Positions 44,146 to 53,816 of a DNA stretch of 64,000 nucleotides are shown here, piece after piece. The position numbers were made by a program, and so were the translations under genes. The notes under the pieces are model-generated. The model was given only the letters and a program-made list of their open reading frames with translations. It was not told where the DNA came from and ran no database searches. Source of the stretch: an uncultured Bacteroidales bacterium (GTDB taxonomy: Bacteria > Bacteroidota > Bacteroidia > Bacteroidales > F082). The stretch's first letter is position 1; the number at the start of each line of letters is the position of its first letter. Location of the stretch: NCBI GenBank assembly GCA_937896505.1, contig CALBNP010000136.1, positions 11,338 through 75,337 on the forward strand, written 5' to 3'.

Positions 44146-45608
44146 TTCTTCGGAACATATTGGTAGGCTCCCATGTCGGGAATGCCTATGCGCGAAACGC
44201 CGTCCAAGTCGTATGGTATTTCGTTGCCATACAGGGGATTGCCTGTCCCAATGACGGGTGATGCGATGCTGTCGATATGGAAATTGTTGCGGTTGACGTC
44301 AACGAACAGCGGCTCCTCGTTGAAGATGCAATGGCTGAAACCACTGGTCGAGTGGGTGAATCGGTTGCTTTTTAGCAAGCAATTGTTGAAGATGAAAGTG
44401 GAATCGGCACCGCCGTCGAAGCCTGTGACGAATTCGTTTTCGAGCGATCCGGTGATGATACAGTTGTTCATCTCCATGTTGAAAGGATAGTAGTAAACGT
44501 TGTACTCATTGTCCATTTGGTAGTTGCCAACTTGGATGGAGCCTGTCTTGCGTGCCGTGGTGCTGGCGTGCCAATGGTTGTCGAGGGTGCAGTGCACGAA
44601 GCGGTAGCTGCCGCCCAAGGCGAAGAAGGTGCTGTAGCCGCAATTGGCTATCACACTGTTTTTGACATCGATAGGGTAGATGAGGGAGAACAGTCCATAG
44701 CTGGAGTGGTTCTCGATGATAGTGTTGTCGATGTGCATGGAGCATTCCGTGACTTTCAACGACGACTGGCAGTTGACGCCAATCAGCGCATTCTTGATGA
44801 TGGCATGACTGATGCGGTGGTCGGCACCTGAGCGACCGTCCATTAGGATGATTTGCTCCCATTGTCCGGGCAAGTCCTTGTAGTTGGCTTCGAGGCGGTC
44901 GCCTTGGATGACGACTGGGTTGGCCTCGCTGCCGTCGATGATGAGTTGCCCGTCGCTCCACGAGAAGATGCCGCTGCCTTGGTGGCAATACACGCGTGTG
45001 CCTTCTTCGATGCGCAAGGTGCCGTATGAGTTGATGAGCGCGTAACCGTAGATGACATAAGGGAGTTCGTTGGTCCAAACGGTGGTTTCGAGGCTGTCGG
45101 CGACGATGGTGTATTTATAAGGTGTGTCGCCAAGCGTAATGACTTTGTCGGCCACAATGTAGTGTGCGTTTTGCCCCCAGGCCATCAGTTTGATAGTCTG
45201 AGTGTTGCCGTTGGTTACAAATTCGAGTTCGTCTTCCACCACAAAAGGCGTGTTGGCATCGGTTGGGTCGATGGTGACGCGCAAGAAGCCGTAAAGACTA
45301 TCGGTGGCAGGAATGACTTTGTCGTAAAGCTCGGTGACAGCCTCACCGTCCAGGTTGAGACGGAAAGGCGAAGATTCACCTCTTGCAAGTCGTACAGAAC
45401 TGATTTTCAGTGGGTCGGAATGCCTGTTATAGACCATCAGATGATGTGTGGCCGAACCCAAAGAAGTGAAAACGGTGTCGAACAGAATGGTGTCGGTCGA
45501 AAATTCCAGCTTGAGGTTCGAGTCGGGATTGATATGATTATCCTTCTTGCACGAATAAGCCACGATGAGCAAGGCTGCTGCTATGATGAATGCGATTCTG
45601 CTTTTCAT
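44142..45608 (-). CDS. Lipoprotein with right-handed beta-helix-like repeats
   Basis: Start at the MKSRIAFIIAAALLIVAYSC Met (45608). Repetitive N/G/I-rich segments and a C-terminal PDMGAYQY typical of parallel beta-helix proteins. Its stop overlaps the M23 stop (TTAG). Confidence 0.6.
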   Translation of the reverse strand: MKSRIAFIIAAALLIVAYSCKKDNHINPDSNLKLEFSTDTILFDTVFTSLGSATHHLMVYNRHSDPLKISSVRLARGESSPFRLNLDGEAVTELYDKVIPATDSLYGFLRVTIDPTDANTPFVVEDELEFVTNGNTQTIKLMAWGQNAHYIVADKVITLGDTPYKYTIVADSLETTVWTNELPYVIYGYALINSYGTLRIEEGTRVYCHQGSGIFSWSDGQLIIDGSEANPVVIQGDRLEANYKDLPGQWEQIILMDGRSGADHRISHAIIKNALIGVNCQSSLKVTECSMHIDNTIIENHSSYGLFSLIYPIDVKNSVIANCGYSTFFALGGSYRFVHCTLDNHWHASTTARKTGSIQVGNYQMDNEYNVYYYPFNMEMNNCIITGSLENEFVTGFDGGADSTFIFNNCLLKSNRFTHSTSGFSHCIFNEEPLFVDVNRNNFHIDSIASPVIGTGNPLYGNEIPYDLDGVSRIGIPDMGAYQYVPKN

Positions 45609-45678
45609 GTGTGTGATTTTGGGCTGCAAAGTTACAAATTTATCGTTTTACGGACTTTTCTCCTTTTTATTGTGTTTC

Positions 45679-45890
45679 CAAAAAAAGCCTATGTCATACC
45701 GACGAAGAAGGGTATTTCGTCCAACAGCAAAGACTTGCCAACGAATGTCATACCGACGAAGGAGGATATCTATTCGTTGGCAAGCCTTTGCAAGAAAGAG
45801 TATGTTTTCCTCCTATGAACCAAATAACAATAGATTTCTTCCCTACGGTCGAAATGACATTGTTATTTGCTTCACTTAAATCAAAACAGA
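45679..45890. repeat. Intergenic repeat element, copy A (two ATGTCATACCGACGAAG cores plus an AAATAACAAT...ATTGTTATTT hairpin)
   Basis: Its ends match the reverse complement of 55851-55978 (CCTATGTCATACCGACGAAGGAG... and ...AAATAACAATAGATTTCTTCCCTACGGTCGAAATGACATTGTTATTT..TTCAC.TAAATCAAAACAGA). Cores at 45691-45707 and 45745-45761. Confidence 0.85.
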
Positions 45891-45932
45891 TTCTAAATTT
45901 CATATTTCATCTTTAGCAAAAGTAATTATGCT

Positions 45933-45940
45933 TACTTTTG
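45933..45940 (+). promoter_or_regulatory. Candidate -7 box (TACTTTTG)
   Basis: TAnnTTTG 40 nt upstream of ATG 45981. Confidence 0.45.
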
Positions 45941-45980
45941 CATCCGAGAAATCACTAATTGTTGAATTAAAACCTTGAAA

Positions 45981-46679
45981 ATGAGAAGATTTTTATTGAC
46001 AATCTCTTTCTTGGCGATGGTCGGATTTGCGCAGGCACAATGGACTTTGCGCTCTTATGGAGAGTATGGATACACTCGCACGGGAGGAAATCGTTGTTCG
46101 TTGGCATTGCTTGCTGATTATCAGTTTAATGACTATTTTAAAGGTGGCGTGAGTCTGCAAGGTACCTTGAGCTATCCTTTGTCTATGAACCTTTATTGGC
46201 AAGCCGATTTGCTTCAGGCGAAGTGTGGAACGCTTTATTTAGAGAACCGCTATCTCTATCGCTTGTTTCCAAATTACAAGTTGCAGGAATTCAATGGTGT
46301 GTTTGACCTTGGATGGAAAAACCGCCATTTCAATTTCCAGTTAGGTTTGTGTAACCGTTTCATCGCCGAGATTCCACTTCGTAAGGATGGAGGAATGGGA
46401 ACCATTTTTGAACCTATGAATGTTGTTTTTTCTGTTGAGGGTAATGTTTTCGACCAGTCGCATCCTTGGAACATTGGCGGTCGCATTTCCAATTTTGATG
46501 ATTTCTTAATTGAACGCGTATCCATTTTCATTTACTGTATTAAAGGCTATTACGAGTTGGACGATGGCCTGCGCCTCACTGGCGAAGTCTGCATCCATCC
46601 GTGCAGCTCGTTGAATCTGTCGGCACAACCGAATGGTGTTGCCGCACGTGTTGGCATCAGTTGGACTCCAAAAAAATGA
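45981..46679 (+). CDS. Hypothetical secreted protein, possibly an outer-membrane beta-barrel
   Basis: Signal peptide MRRFLLTISFLAMVGFAQA; alternating hydrophobic pattern with Y/G-rich strands. Stop overlaps the next ATG (ATGA). Confidence 0.55.
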   Translation: MRRFLLTISFLAMVGFAQAQWTLRSYGEYGYTRTGGNRCSLALLADYQFNDYFKGGVSLQGTLSYPLSMNLYWQADLLQAKCGTLYLENRYLYRLFPNYKLQEFNGVFDLGWKNRHFNFQLGLCNRFIAEIPLRKDGGMGTIFEPMNVVFSVEGNVFDQSHPWNIGGRISNFDDFLIERVSIFIYCIKGYYELDDGLRLTGEVCIHPCSSLNLSAQPNGVAARVGISWTPKK

Positions 46680-47605
46680 ACACTATGAAAAAGAGAAATT
46701 TATACTTTCTTGCAGCTGCAACAGCTATGATTCTTGCAACAAGTTGCAACCACCTTGATATCCCTGGCATGGTCATCAACCGCAGCGACACGGAAGAACG
46801 CGTGAACGACTGGATTGACTACAACGTGCAAAATGGCGAACCAGTCATCGAGAATGTGCCTGATACATATCTCGTGTATTCCTCATCAGATCCGCATTAT
46901 TGCGCTTCAGACAGCATTATCCCGCAAGGCGAAAACGACCGCCTTTACCATTACATCACAGCCGAACGCAACGACCCGCAAGCCGTTTTTTCAATCCTTA
47001 TCGGTGATTTGGCTAACGAAAAAGGAGAAAATCCATATAATATGGTTGATGCATCTATGCGGTATAATGCTGAAACACAGGCGAAAAACGACCCATGTTT
47101 CCCGACAGTCGGCAACCATGACGTTTATTTCGATTGCGCAAAATGGTTTAAAAAGCATTATCATACCTCTACCTACACCGTCACTGTGAAGACCGTCAGT
47201 GGTTTCAAGGACTTGTTCATTTTCCTCGATTCGGGCAACGGAACGCATGGTAAGCGCCAGATGGATTGGCTGAAGGAAAAGTTGTCGCATCGCAATGAAT
47301 ATCGTAATTGCGTGGTTATCAGCCACTGCTGGCTGTTCCGCACGAGCTACAATTACACGACGACTCCGGCTGCCAATCTTCCTTTGGATGAGCAATATGC
47401 CTTCATGGACTTGATGAGCCAAAACAATGTCTCGTTGGTCGTCATGGGCCATTTCCACATGCGCGAACATCGCGAGTTTAACGGCATCGAATACGTTATG
47501 ACGGATAACCTGAATGAAGGAGCGCTGAAGCCAAGCTATATGGTGATGACTTGCGGCGACAAGGTGAGCTACGAATATCGTGAACTTGCTTCTTCGGCGT
47601 TATAA
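46676..47605 (+). CDS. Metallophosphoesterase lipoprotein
   Basis: ATG at 46676 (MNTMKKRNLYFLAAATAMILATSC). GDLANEKGE, GNHDVYFD, VMGHFHM. Confidence 0.75.
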   Translation: MNTMKKRNLYFLAAATAMILATSCNHLDIPGMVINRSDTEERVNDWIDYNVQNGEPVIENVPDTYLVYSSSDPHYCASDSIIPQGENDRLYHYITAERNDPQAVFSILIGDLANEKGENPYNMVDASMRYNAETQAKNDPCFPTVGNHDVYFDCAKWFKKHYHTSTYTVTVKTVSGFKDLFIFLDSGNGTHGKRQMDWLKEKLSHRNEYRNCVVISHCWLFRTSYNYTTTPAANLPLDEQYAFMDLMSQNNVSLVVMGHFHMREHREFNGIEYVMTDNLNEGALKPSYMVMTCGDKVSYEYRELASSAL

Positions 47606-47679
47606 TCAATTTACCGTCAAGTTTGCTACTGTAACTTGGGAGAACGATGCCGATTTTGCACCGGAATATCTCTATGACA

Positions 47680-48795
47680 TCAGTATCGCCACTTGATGAT
47701 TTCAAACTCCAAAACATTATCATAATCCCGTGCCATGCAGATTTTTACGGTTTTCCTGGTGAGGTTGTAAACCGCTGACCATTGTGTGTTGCTGGTCTTT
47801 TCTGCCGATGCGGTTTGCGACACTTCTTTCAGTAGTTGCATGGCTTCCTCTTCGGTGAAAACACCGTTTTTTGCTTCGTAAACATCCCTTACTTTTTCAT
47901 AGCGGTCGAAGCCGTGGCCGATGTGTTGCCATCCTTCGTTGAGATAGGCGTTTGTGACATATCTTGCTTCAATAGGACTCATTGTCCACGATTTATCACC
48001 TTCATTATGAATGTATTCCAGCACAACGGAATGTCCTTTTGCATCGGAAATCAGGAAATGGTAACTGTGCGAAATCTCGCTTTTCGTTTTGTCGGCAAAC
48101 ATATTGTATTGCTGCATCAAGGCAAGGGCTTCATCGGTGTCGGCAGCTTTGTCTAACATGATGCGCATGGCGGAAAGCGTCATAATGTCGTGTTTATCAG
48201 GGTCGTATTGTTCCGTTCCTTCGCCATCGAGATACAACACGCTGACGGCCAACCCCTTTTCGTTCATGCCGTCCATCAAAAGATAAGGTGCAACGATGAG
48301 CAGTGAATTGTCTGATTTCCCGTCATCCAAATCGCCTTGCTTTTTACCAACCAATGAAAAAGGTGCCATGGAAATGGAAGCGTAGCCATTTTCGGGTTGC
48401 GTCCTCACCAAAACCGAAGCCGATGGCTCGGAAAAAGTGAAATCGAAGTTACGGGCATAAATGATGTCGCCATCGGGAGTAATGGCTTGAAATGCGCTGC
48501 AGGCTGGCAAAAGGCTTTTGATGTGAAAGACGGCCTTGAAAGGATTCATCATTTTTGTGACCGCATACTTGACAAATGACGGAACGGAAGTGACATCGTT
48601 TTCAATCAAGCGGTCTAAATCGTAATCATATTGATAATCAAGCTCGTAGAGTAATCCTTCATCGACGTTTTTCAGACCGGAAAGCATTTCAGCCTGCGCC
48701 TTTTTTAAGGCACAGGCTGGATTTCTGTTTTGAGCGTTTGCTGTCATTGCAAACAGCAAAACGCTGAATATTAAGAATTTCTGTAAAAAATTCAT
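47680..48795 (-). CDS. Ntn-hydrolase superfamily protein (C45 / choloylglycine-hydrolase-like)
   Basis: Signal peptide. Candidate nucleophile Cys in LLPACSAFQAITPDGDIIYARNFDF after a ~95-aa pro-region. Confidence 0.6.
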   Translation of the reverse strand: MNFLQKFLIFSVLLFAMTANAQNRNPACALKKAQAEMLSGLKNVDEGLLYELDYQYDYDLDRLIENDVTSVPSFVKYAVTKMMNPFKAVFHIKSLLPACSAFQAITPDGDIIYARNFDFTFSEPSASVLVRTQPENGYASISMAPFSLVGKKQGDLDDGKSDNSLLIVAPYLLMDGMNEKGLAVSVLYLDGEGTEQYDPDKHDIMTLSAMRIMLDKAADTDEALALMQQYNMFADKTKSEISHSYHFLISDAKGHSVVLEYIHNEGDKSWTMSPIEARYVTNAYLNEGWQHIGHGFDRYEKVRDVYEAKNGVFTEEEAMQLLKEVSQTASAEKTSNTQWSAVYNLTRKTVKICMARDYDNVLEFEIIKWRY

Positions 48796-50933
48796 TCTGT
48801 TGGTTTATATTCCAATCCCATATTGTAAAGGATGAAAGAGTAGATGTCGGCTTGTTCTTCCAAGACCTTTGAAATAGGTTTGCCACCACCGTGACCAGCT
48901 TTCGAGTCGATGCGGATAATCTTAGGTTCATTACCGGTTTGGGCAGCCTGAAGCGTAGCGGCATATTTGAAGGAGTGTGCCGGAACAACGCGGTCGTCGT
49001 GGTCGGCAGTCGTGACCATAATTGCTGGATAGTGAACATCTTCGCCACTCTTGATGGTGTGCAATGGTGAATAGGCATACAGTGCCTTGAACATTTCTTC
49101 GTTATCTTCGCTAGTGCCGTAGTCGCTGGCCCAGTTCCAACCAATGGTGAACAGATGATAACGCAGCATGTCCATCACGCCGACTTGAGGAACGGCAACG
49201 CGGAACAAATCAGGGCGCTGATTGACGACAGCACCGACCAAAAGACCACCGTTTGAACCGCCATTCAGGGCGAGATAATCGGCTGAGGTGTAATTGTTTG
49301 CAATCAGATATTCAGCGCAGGCGATGCAGTCGTCGAAGACATTCTGTTTCTGGAGTTTCGTGCCGGCCAAATGCCATTCTTCGCCGTATTCGTTACCGCC
49401 ACGCAGGTTCATCTGTGCATAGATGCCGCCGTTTTCCATGAAAGGAAGGCGTGAGGTCGAGAAGCCAGGATTCAGCGTGATGTTGAAACCGCCGTAACCA
49501 TAAAGCAGGGTAGGGTTGGTGCCATCTTTCACAAGGTCTTTCTTGTAAGTCAGGAACATAGGAACTTTTGTGCCGTCTTTCGATTCGACAAAAACTTGTT
49601 CGGTGGTGAAGTCTTCTGGCACGAAATCGACTGCTGGAGCGCGGAAAACGGTCGAGGTGTTGCTCTCGATGTCGTAGCTGTAAATCGTGGTTGGGAAAGC
49701 GAAAGATGTGAAGGAATAGAACACTTCCTGGTCATCGTAGCGAGTGCTGAAGCCGACAGCGCCAAAGGTCGGGAACTCGATTTCGTGAACGAGCTGTCCA
49801 TCCATGGTATAGACGAAGGAGTGGTTGGCGGCATCTTGGTCGTAAGTGGCAATCATCTTGCCGGCAGCAAGGTTGATGCCAGCAATGACGTTTTCGCTTT
49901 CAGGAATGACGGTTTCCCAATTTTCCATTTGCGGAGCCTTGGCCGAAACGCGGCAGATACGGCCCTTTGGCGCATCGTAGTTGGTGTAGATGTAAAGCAC
50001 ATCGTCGATGACATCCATAGGGCTATACGAATAGTTCATGTCGCTGGCGATTTGGACGAACTTGCCGTTTGGGTCTTGCATGTCGCGAATCCAGAGGGTG
50101 TGGCCTGCGCCTTGACCGCTTTCGAAGAGGAACATATAATGCTCGTCTTCAGTCAAATCGACTTGGTGGAAATAGCGTGGCTGTGCCGGATTTTCGTAGA
50201 AGAGCTGGTCTTGGTCTTGCGGTGTGCCAAGCTTGTGGTAATAAATCTTATGGTTTTCGTTGACATTCGAGAATTCCTTGCCTTCTTCCGGACGGTCGTA
50301 GGCGGCATAGAAGAAGCCATCCTGATACCATGATGCGCCCGTGAACTTGGCCCATTCGATATGGTCGGGTAATAATTCTTTGGTGGCAATGTCCATCACA
50401 TAGATTTCGACCCAGTCGGAACCGCTGCGCTGAATGGTGTAGGCGTAGTATTTCCCATCGTTGGAGAGAGAGCCACCGCCAAAGGCGACTGTGCCGTCTT
50501 CCGAAAGCTTGTTCGGGTCGAGAAGCACTTCGGCTTCTGCGTCAAGTGCTGACTGGATGTAAATCACGTTCTGGTTCTGCAAACCGTCGTTCTTCGAGAA
50601 CATGTAACGTCCAAAGCGCTTCGATGGCGCGCTGTAGCGTTCGTAGTTGACAATTTGCGTGAGGCGGTCCTTGATGGCGCCACGGAAAGGAATGTGACTC
50701 AGATAATCCTGAGTGACAGCCCTTTGTGCTTCAACCCAAGCCGATGTCTCAGCGCAGGTGTCGTTTTCCAACCAACGGTAAGGGTCGGCGACTTGTGTTC
50801 CGAAGTAGTCGTCAACCACGGTGGTGTCTTTTCTGGTTTCGGGATATTCATTGACGGAATAACGCTCAGGCTGCTGGTTGCAGCCCAACAGGGTAATCAT
50901 GCTTCCCATAATCAATAAGGTGGATTTTTTCAT
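48792..50933 (-). CDS. Prolyl oligopeptidase (S9A) lipoprotein
   Basis: Start at the MKKSTLLIMGSMITLLGC Met (50933). DPYRWLE, beta-propeller region, catalytic GGSNGGLL, ...DHDDRV..HS. Confidence 0.92.
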   Translation of the reverse strand: MKKSTLLIMGSMITLLGCNQQPERYSVNEYPETRKDTTVVDDYFGTQVADPYRWLENDTCAETSAWVEAQRAVTQDYLSHIPFRGAIKDRLTQIVNYERYSAPSKRFGRYMFSKNDGLQNQNVIYIQSALDAEAEVLLDPNKLSEDGTVAFGGGSLSNDGKYYAYTIQRSGSDWVEIYVMDIATKELLPDHIEWAKFTGASWYQDGFFYAAYDRPEEGKEFSNVNENHKIYYHKLGTPQDQDQLFYENPAQPRYFHQVDLTEDEHYMFLFESGQGAGHTLWIRDMQDPNGKFVQIASDMNYSYSPMDVIDDVLYIYTNYDAPKGRICRVSAKAPQMENWETVIPESENVIAGINLAAGKMIATYDQDAANHSFVYTMDGQLVHEIEFPTFGAVGFSTRYDDQEVFYSFTSFAFPTTIYSYDIESNTSTVFRAPAVDFVPEDFTTEQVFVESKDGTKVPMFLTYKKDLVKDGTNPTLLYGYGGFNITLNPGFSTSRLPFMENGGIYAQMNLRGGNEYGEEWHLAGTKLQKQNVFDDCIACAEYLIANNYTSADYLALNGGSNGGLLVGAVVNQRPDLFRVAVPQVGVMDMLRYHLFTIGWNWASDYGTSEDNEEMFKALYAYSPLHTIKSGEDVHYPAIMVTTADHDDRVVPAHSFKYAATLQAAQTGNEPKIIRIDSKAGHGGGKPISKVLEEQADIYSFILYNMGLEYKPTE

Positions 50934-51168
50934 TTTGATTTGTATTGTTTGTGTAATTCGTTCAATTCGTAGTTCCTTTTTCAGCAAACAAAAGTACAAC
51001 ATTTTTTGGAAGGGATTTGAAAAATGGTCACTAATCAATATTTTTTGAAGTTTTACATCAAATTTGATTTTTTTTTCGTTTCTTTGCCAGGTCAATCGCT
51101 GATAATTCGACAAGTTCAGTAATCAGCGCTTGGCAGACATACTTAAAGAAAGGCGTTGTTCTAACGCT

Positions 51169-51358
51169 TTATCTGCGGAACTCAGAATCTCGCAAATTCA
51201 AAATCTTCCACACGGTAAAGCAATGGCCAACGCCCATAATGGTAGTTTATACATTTCTCAAATTGTATATGCTAACAGCGTGGGCTTCGGCATTGCTTAT
51301 CTCTGGAAGATGGGCAATGCGAGAGCCTCTGAGTTCGGGATGAGCAATAGTTCAGATA
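51169..51358. ncRNA. Candidate structured RNA or palindromic element: ~160-190-nt rod-like imperfect hairpin in a 520-bp intergenic region
   Basis: Nested helices: 51170-75/51353-58 (6 bp); 51178-86/51328-36 (9 bp); 51189-94/51318-23 (6 bp); 51203-10/51304-11 (8 bp); 51218-28/51289-98 (10 bp, one bulge); 51232-36/51281-85 (5 bp); apical 51243-53/51264-74. A T-rich run (CTTCTTTTTTTT) at 51366-76 follows on the plus strand. Strand undetermined. Confidence 0.3.
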
Positions 51359-51457
51359 CCCGCGCTTCTTTTTTTTGGTGTGTTTTGATAGCAACTAATC
51401 AAATTCAAAATGGATTAGGCGTTATGGGTGTCACGCCACCGAAAAAAGTAGTCATTT

Positions 51458-53035
51458 ATGAGAAAGAGACTTTTACTAACAGCAATTTGCGCCCTGTCGA
51501 TGATGATGACAATCGCACAAAACCGTACCAATCCAGATGTGGCCGATTATTTCATCAAAGGCTATCTTTCGATTGAGCGAGGCAACGATGGAAAACCAGT
51601 CTACAAACTGAGTGATATCCAAAAGCGAGGCATCAACTTCGACGATCCTGGGGCTGTGGTTCGTGGTCGTTTTGAGACTGATTTAGAAAATGTTAAATTC
51701 CAATTTTCACATTATACCACGGATTATCCTGGTGGAATTGGCACCCCTTTGGATTTTTGGCGTTATGACGAGTCCATAAACGAATGGCAACCCGATGTGG
51801 AGACAATGCAGGGTAGTGCAGGTGTATTAGAAAAGAAATCCATGGTGCTGATGTTGGTACTCGACTGTAGTTCATCCCTGTCAAATGATTTCAGTTTTGT
51901 GCAACAAGCAGCCAAAGAGTTTATCAAAAGTTTGCTTGATGCCTCAAACTCAGGTAACATAAAGATTGGTATCGTGGGGTTCTCGAAAATCAGTGCAACT
52001 GAGTTTTTCCCGATAACAAGACTTACCAATGATTCTTATTATGATATGTGCCGATTCATCAATGGGCGCAACGTGCAAAATGGAACTGCTTTGTACTATG
52101 CTATGGATAAGGCCATTGATGCTATGGAGTCATATTGCTCCGCTTCAATCCCGTCTGATGAGCCGCTTTCATCGGCCATGATGGTGACCTTTACCGATGG
52201 TCTTGACCAAACTTCTCGTGATGAAAACAAAGGCATCTATACTGCTGACGATTATTATGTCGAATTACAACGCAAGATGAACAACAAAAGGTTTAATGGC
52301 GTGCCGCTTCAGTCGAAAATGCGAGGTGTCCGTGGTGTTGACATTGCTACGGACGCCCAATTAGGCAAGTTCTCTCAGATTGGCAACAGCCTGGCCGATT
52401 TCAAGTTGCTGAGCAATATGTCTGAATTGGGACAAGAATTCAAGTATATTGCGGAGGGCTTAATTAACGAATGGCGTGTATTGAATTGCTATGTGCCCAA
52501 TTCGTTCAAGGGCAGAGTGGCTTGGACTTATCCTTCGAAGAAGCAGGTGGTGGTTGAGAAGCCGAAGGAACCGAGGAAAAAAGGAAGGTGGTTCGTCGGT
52601 TTGAATGCAGGATTGGGACTTAGCAACTATTTTCTATATGAAGAGAATTATTACCAACAAGAACATGGTGGCACTGTATATTATGATACTCAATACGATG
52701 ACAATCTCGGCTTGGCTTTTTCCGGAGGTTTTGATATAGCATTTCCAATCGGACGAGCAGCTAACCTGGGTTTGTTCTCGTCCATCGGAATTGAAACTGC
52801 AACTGAAACATTCTTGTTAAGTGCAGGCCCGCTATTACTTATTAATATTAGGAATGGCTCTTCGTTATATTTTGGGGGAGGTATGTCTTCCGCCTATTTT
52901 GATGCTTTTGGAACCGATTGGAGAGCCGGTTATAAATTCAAAAATGGACTATATCTTTTTGCTGAATTGTTATCGATTTCAGATTCTTGGTCGCAAGAGA
53001 GAAGTTTTCTTTTTCACATAGGCTATAGCTTTTGA
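51458..53035 (+). CDS. von Willebrand factor A domain protein with a C-terminal beta-barrel-like region
   Basis: Signal peptide MRKRLLLTAICALSMMMTIAQ; MIDAS LVLDCSSSLS; C-terminal Gly/aromatic-rich strands ending ...FHIGYSF. Confidence 0.7.
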   Translation: MRKRLLLTAICALSMMMTIAQNRTNPDVADYFIKGYLSIERGNDGKPVYKLSDIQKRGINFDDPGAVVRGRFETDLENVKFQFSHYTTDYPGGIGTPLDFWRYDESINEWQPDVETMQGSAGVLEKKSMVLMLVLDCSSSLSNDFSFVQQAAKEFIKSLLDASNSGNIKIGIVGFSKISATEFFPITRLTNDSYYDMCRFINGRNVQNGTALYYAMDKAIDAMESYCSASIPSDEPLSSAMMVTFTDGLDQTSRDENKGIYTADDYYVELQRKMNNKRFNGVPLQSKMRGVRGVDIATDAQLGKFSQIGNSLADFKLLSNMSELGQEFKYIAEGLINEWRVLNCYVPNSFKGRVAWTYPSKKQVVVEKPKEPRKKGRWFVGLNAGLGLSNYFLYEENYYQQEHGGTVYYDTQYDDNLGLAFSGGFDIAFPIGRAANLGLFSSIGIETATETFLLSAGPLLLINIRNGSSLYFGGGMSSAYFDAFGTDWRAGYKFKNGLYLFAELLSISDSWSQERSFLFHIGYSF

Positions 53036-53108
53036 ATGAAAAATGAGCAAATAAACACACTTATTAACCCCGATGCGCTTAATGGGATATAACTAGGCAA
53101 AAAAGAAA

Positions 53109-53552
53109 ATGAAGAAAATATTTTTAATCTGTTTAGCAGTGTTTGGATTTGCATTTGCTGCAAATGCACAAGTTGGAACAACGACAAAAGCTGTTCCGAT
53201 TTCAAATGGATGTGGTTCGGAAACCGTTCCTGGTTCACGTACATTAGGTAAAGTAGGAACAGTGGTTGATGCAGTAAGAACAGGAACGAGTGTACAGTCA
53301 CAAAGGGAAAGTTGTGATCAGCATGATAAAGACTACTATAACGGAGTTGACAAAAACAAAGCAGATAGTGATTTTAAACAACGTTCTCCTACTATGGGTG
53401 GTGTCGTGACATCATTTAAAGAAAGTAGCAAGAATTCCTACAGAGAAGCCCAAAAGGATAGAGAAACAAGCAAGCAATTTCAGCCTTCTTGGGAAAGTGA
53501 ACATAAACAATGTTTGGATGGAAACAATTATCGAGTTACTCCAAATAAGTAA
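53109..53552 (+). CDS. Small secreted hypothetical protein
   Basis: Signal peptide MKKIFLICLAVFGFAFAANAQ; no recognisable domain. Confidence 0.5.
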   Translation: MKKIFLICLAVFGFAFAANAQVGTTTKAVPISNGCGSETVPGSRTLGKVGTVVDAVRTGTSVQSQRESCDQHDKDYYNGVDKNKADSDFKQRSPTMGGVVTSFKESSKNSYREAQKDRETSKQFQPSWESEHKQCLDGNNYRVTPNK

Positions 53553-53780
53553 AACGTTAATCATGATAATTGACAAGCCATCATGGCAAACAATAGACCA
53601 GATTGGCTTTTTTTCAAATGACACAAGCGTTGTTCCCAAGTTGGAAATAACTGAAAGAGATGACTATTGCAAAATGCAATAGTCATCTCTGTTCTTCCGT
53701 ATTGGCATTGTGAAGTATATGCAGCTGTCCTTAGAAAGTGGCATCCGTGAACCGCTCTTTGTATAGGGTGGATTTATTAT

Positions 53781-53816
53781 CCCTTACATCCCTTACATCC
53801 TTTACATCCCTTACAT
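53781..53816. repeat. Four tandem 9-bp units CCCTTACAT (ATGTAAGGG on the minus strand) including the parE stop
   Basis: Units at 53781, 53790, 53799 (one substitution) and 53808. The last unit supplies the final Met codon and TAA of the topoisomerase gene. Confidence 0.9.

Noticed and set aside
51130-51576. 148-aa ORF (TTG start) covering the 51169-51358 hairpin region.
   Set aside because: It has no ATG start, no recognisable domain or signal, and it overlaps the well-supported signal-peptide start of the VWA gene in another frame. The nested inverted repeats explain the sequence better than coding does.
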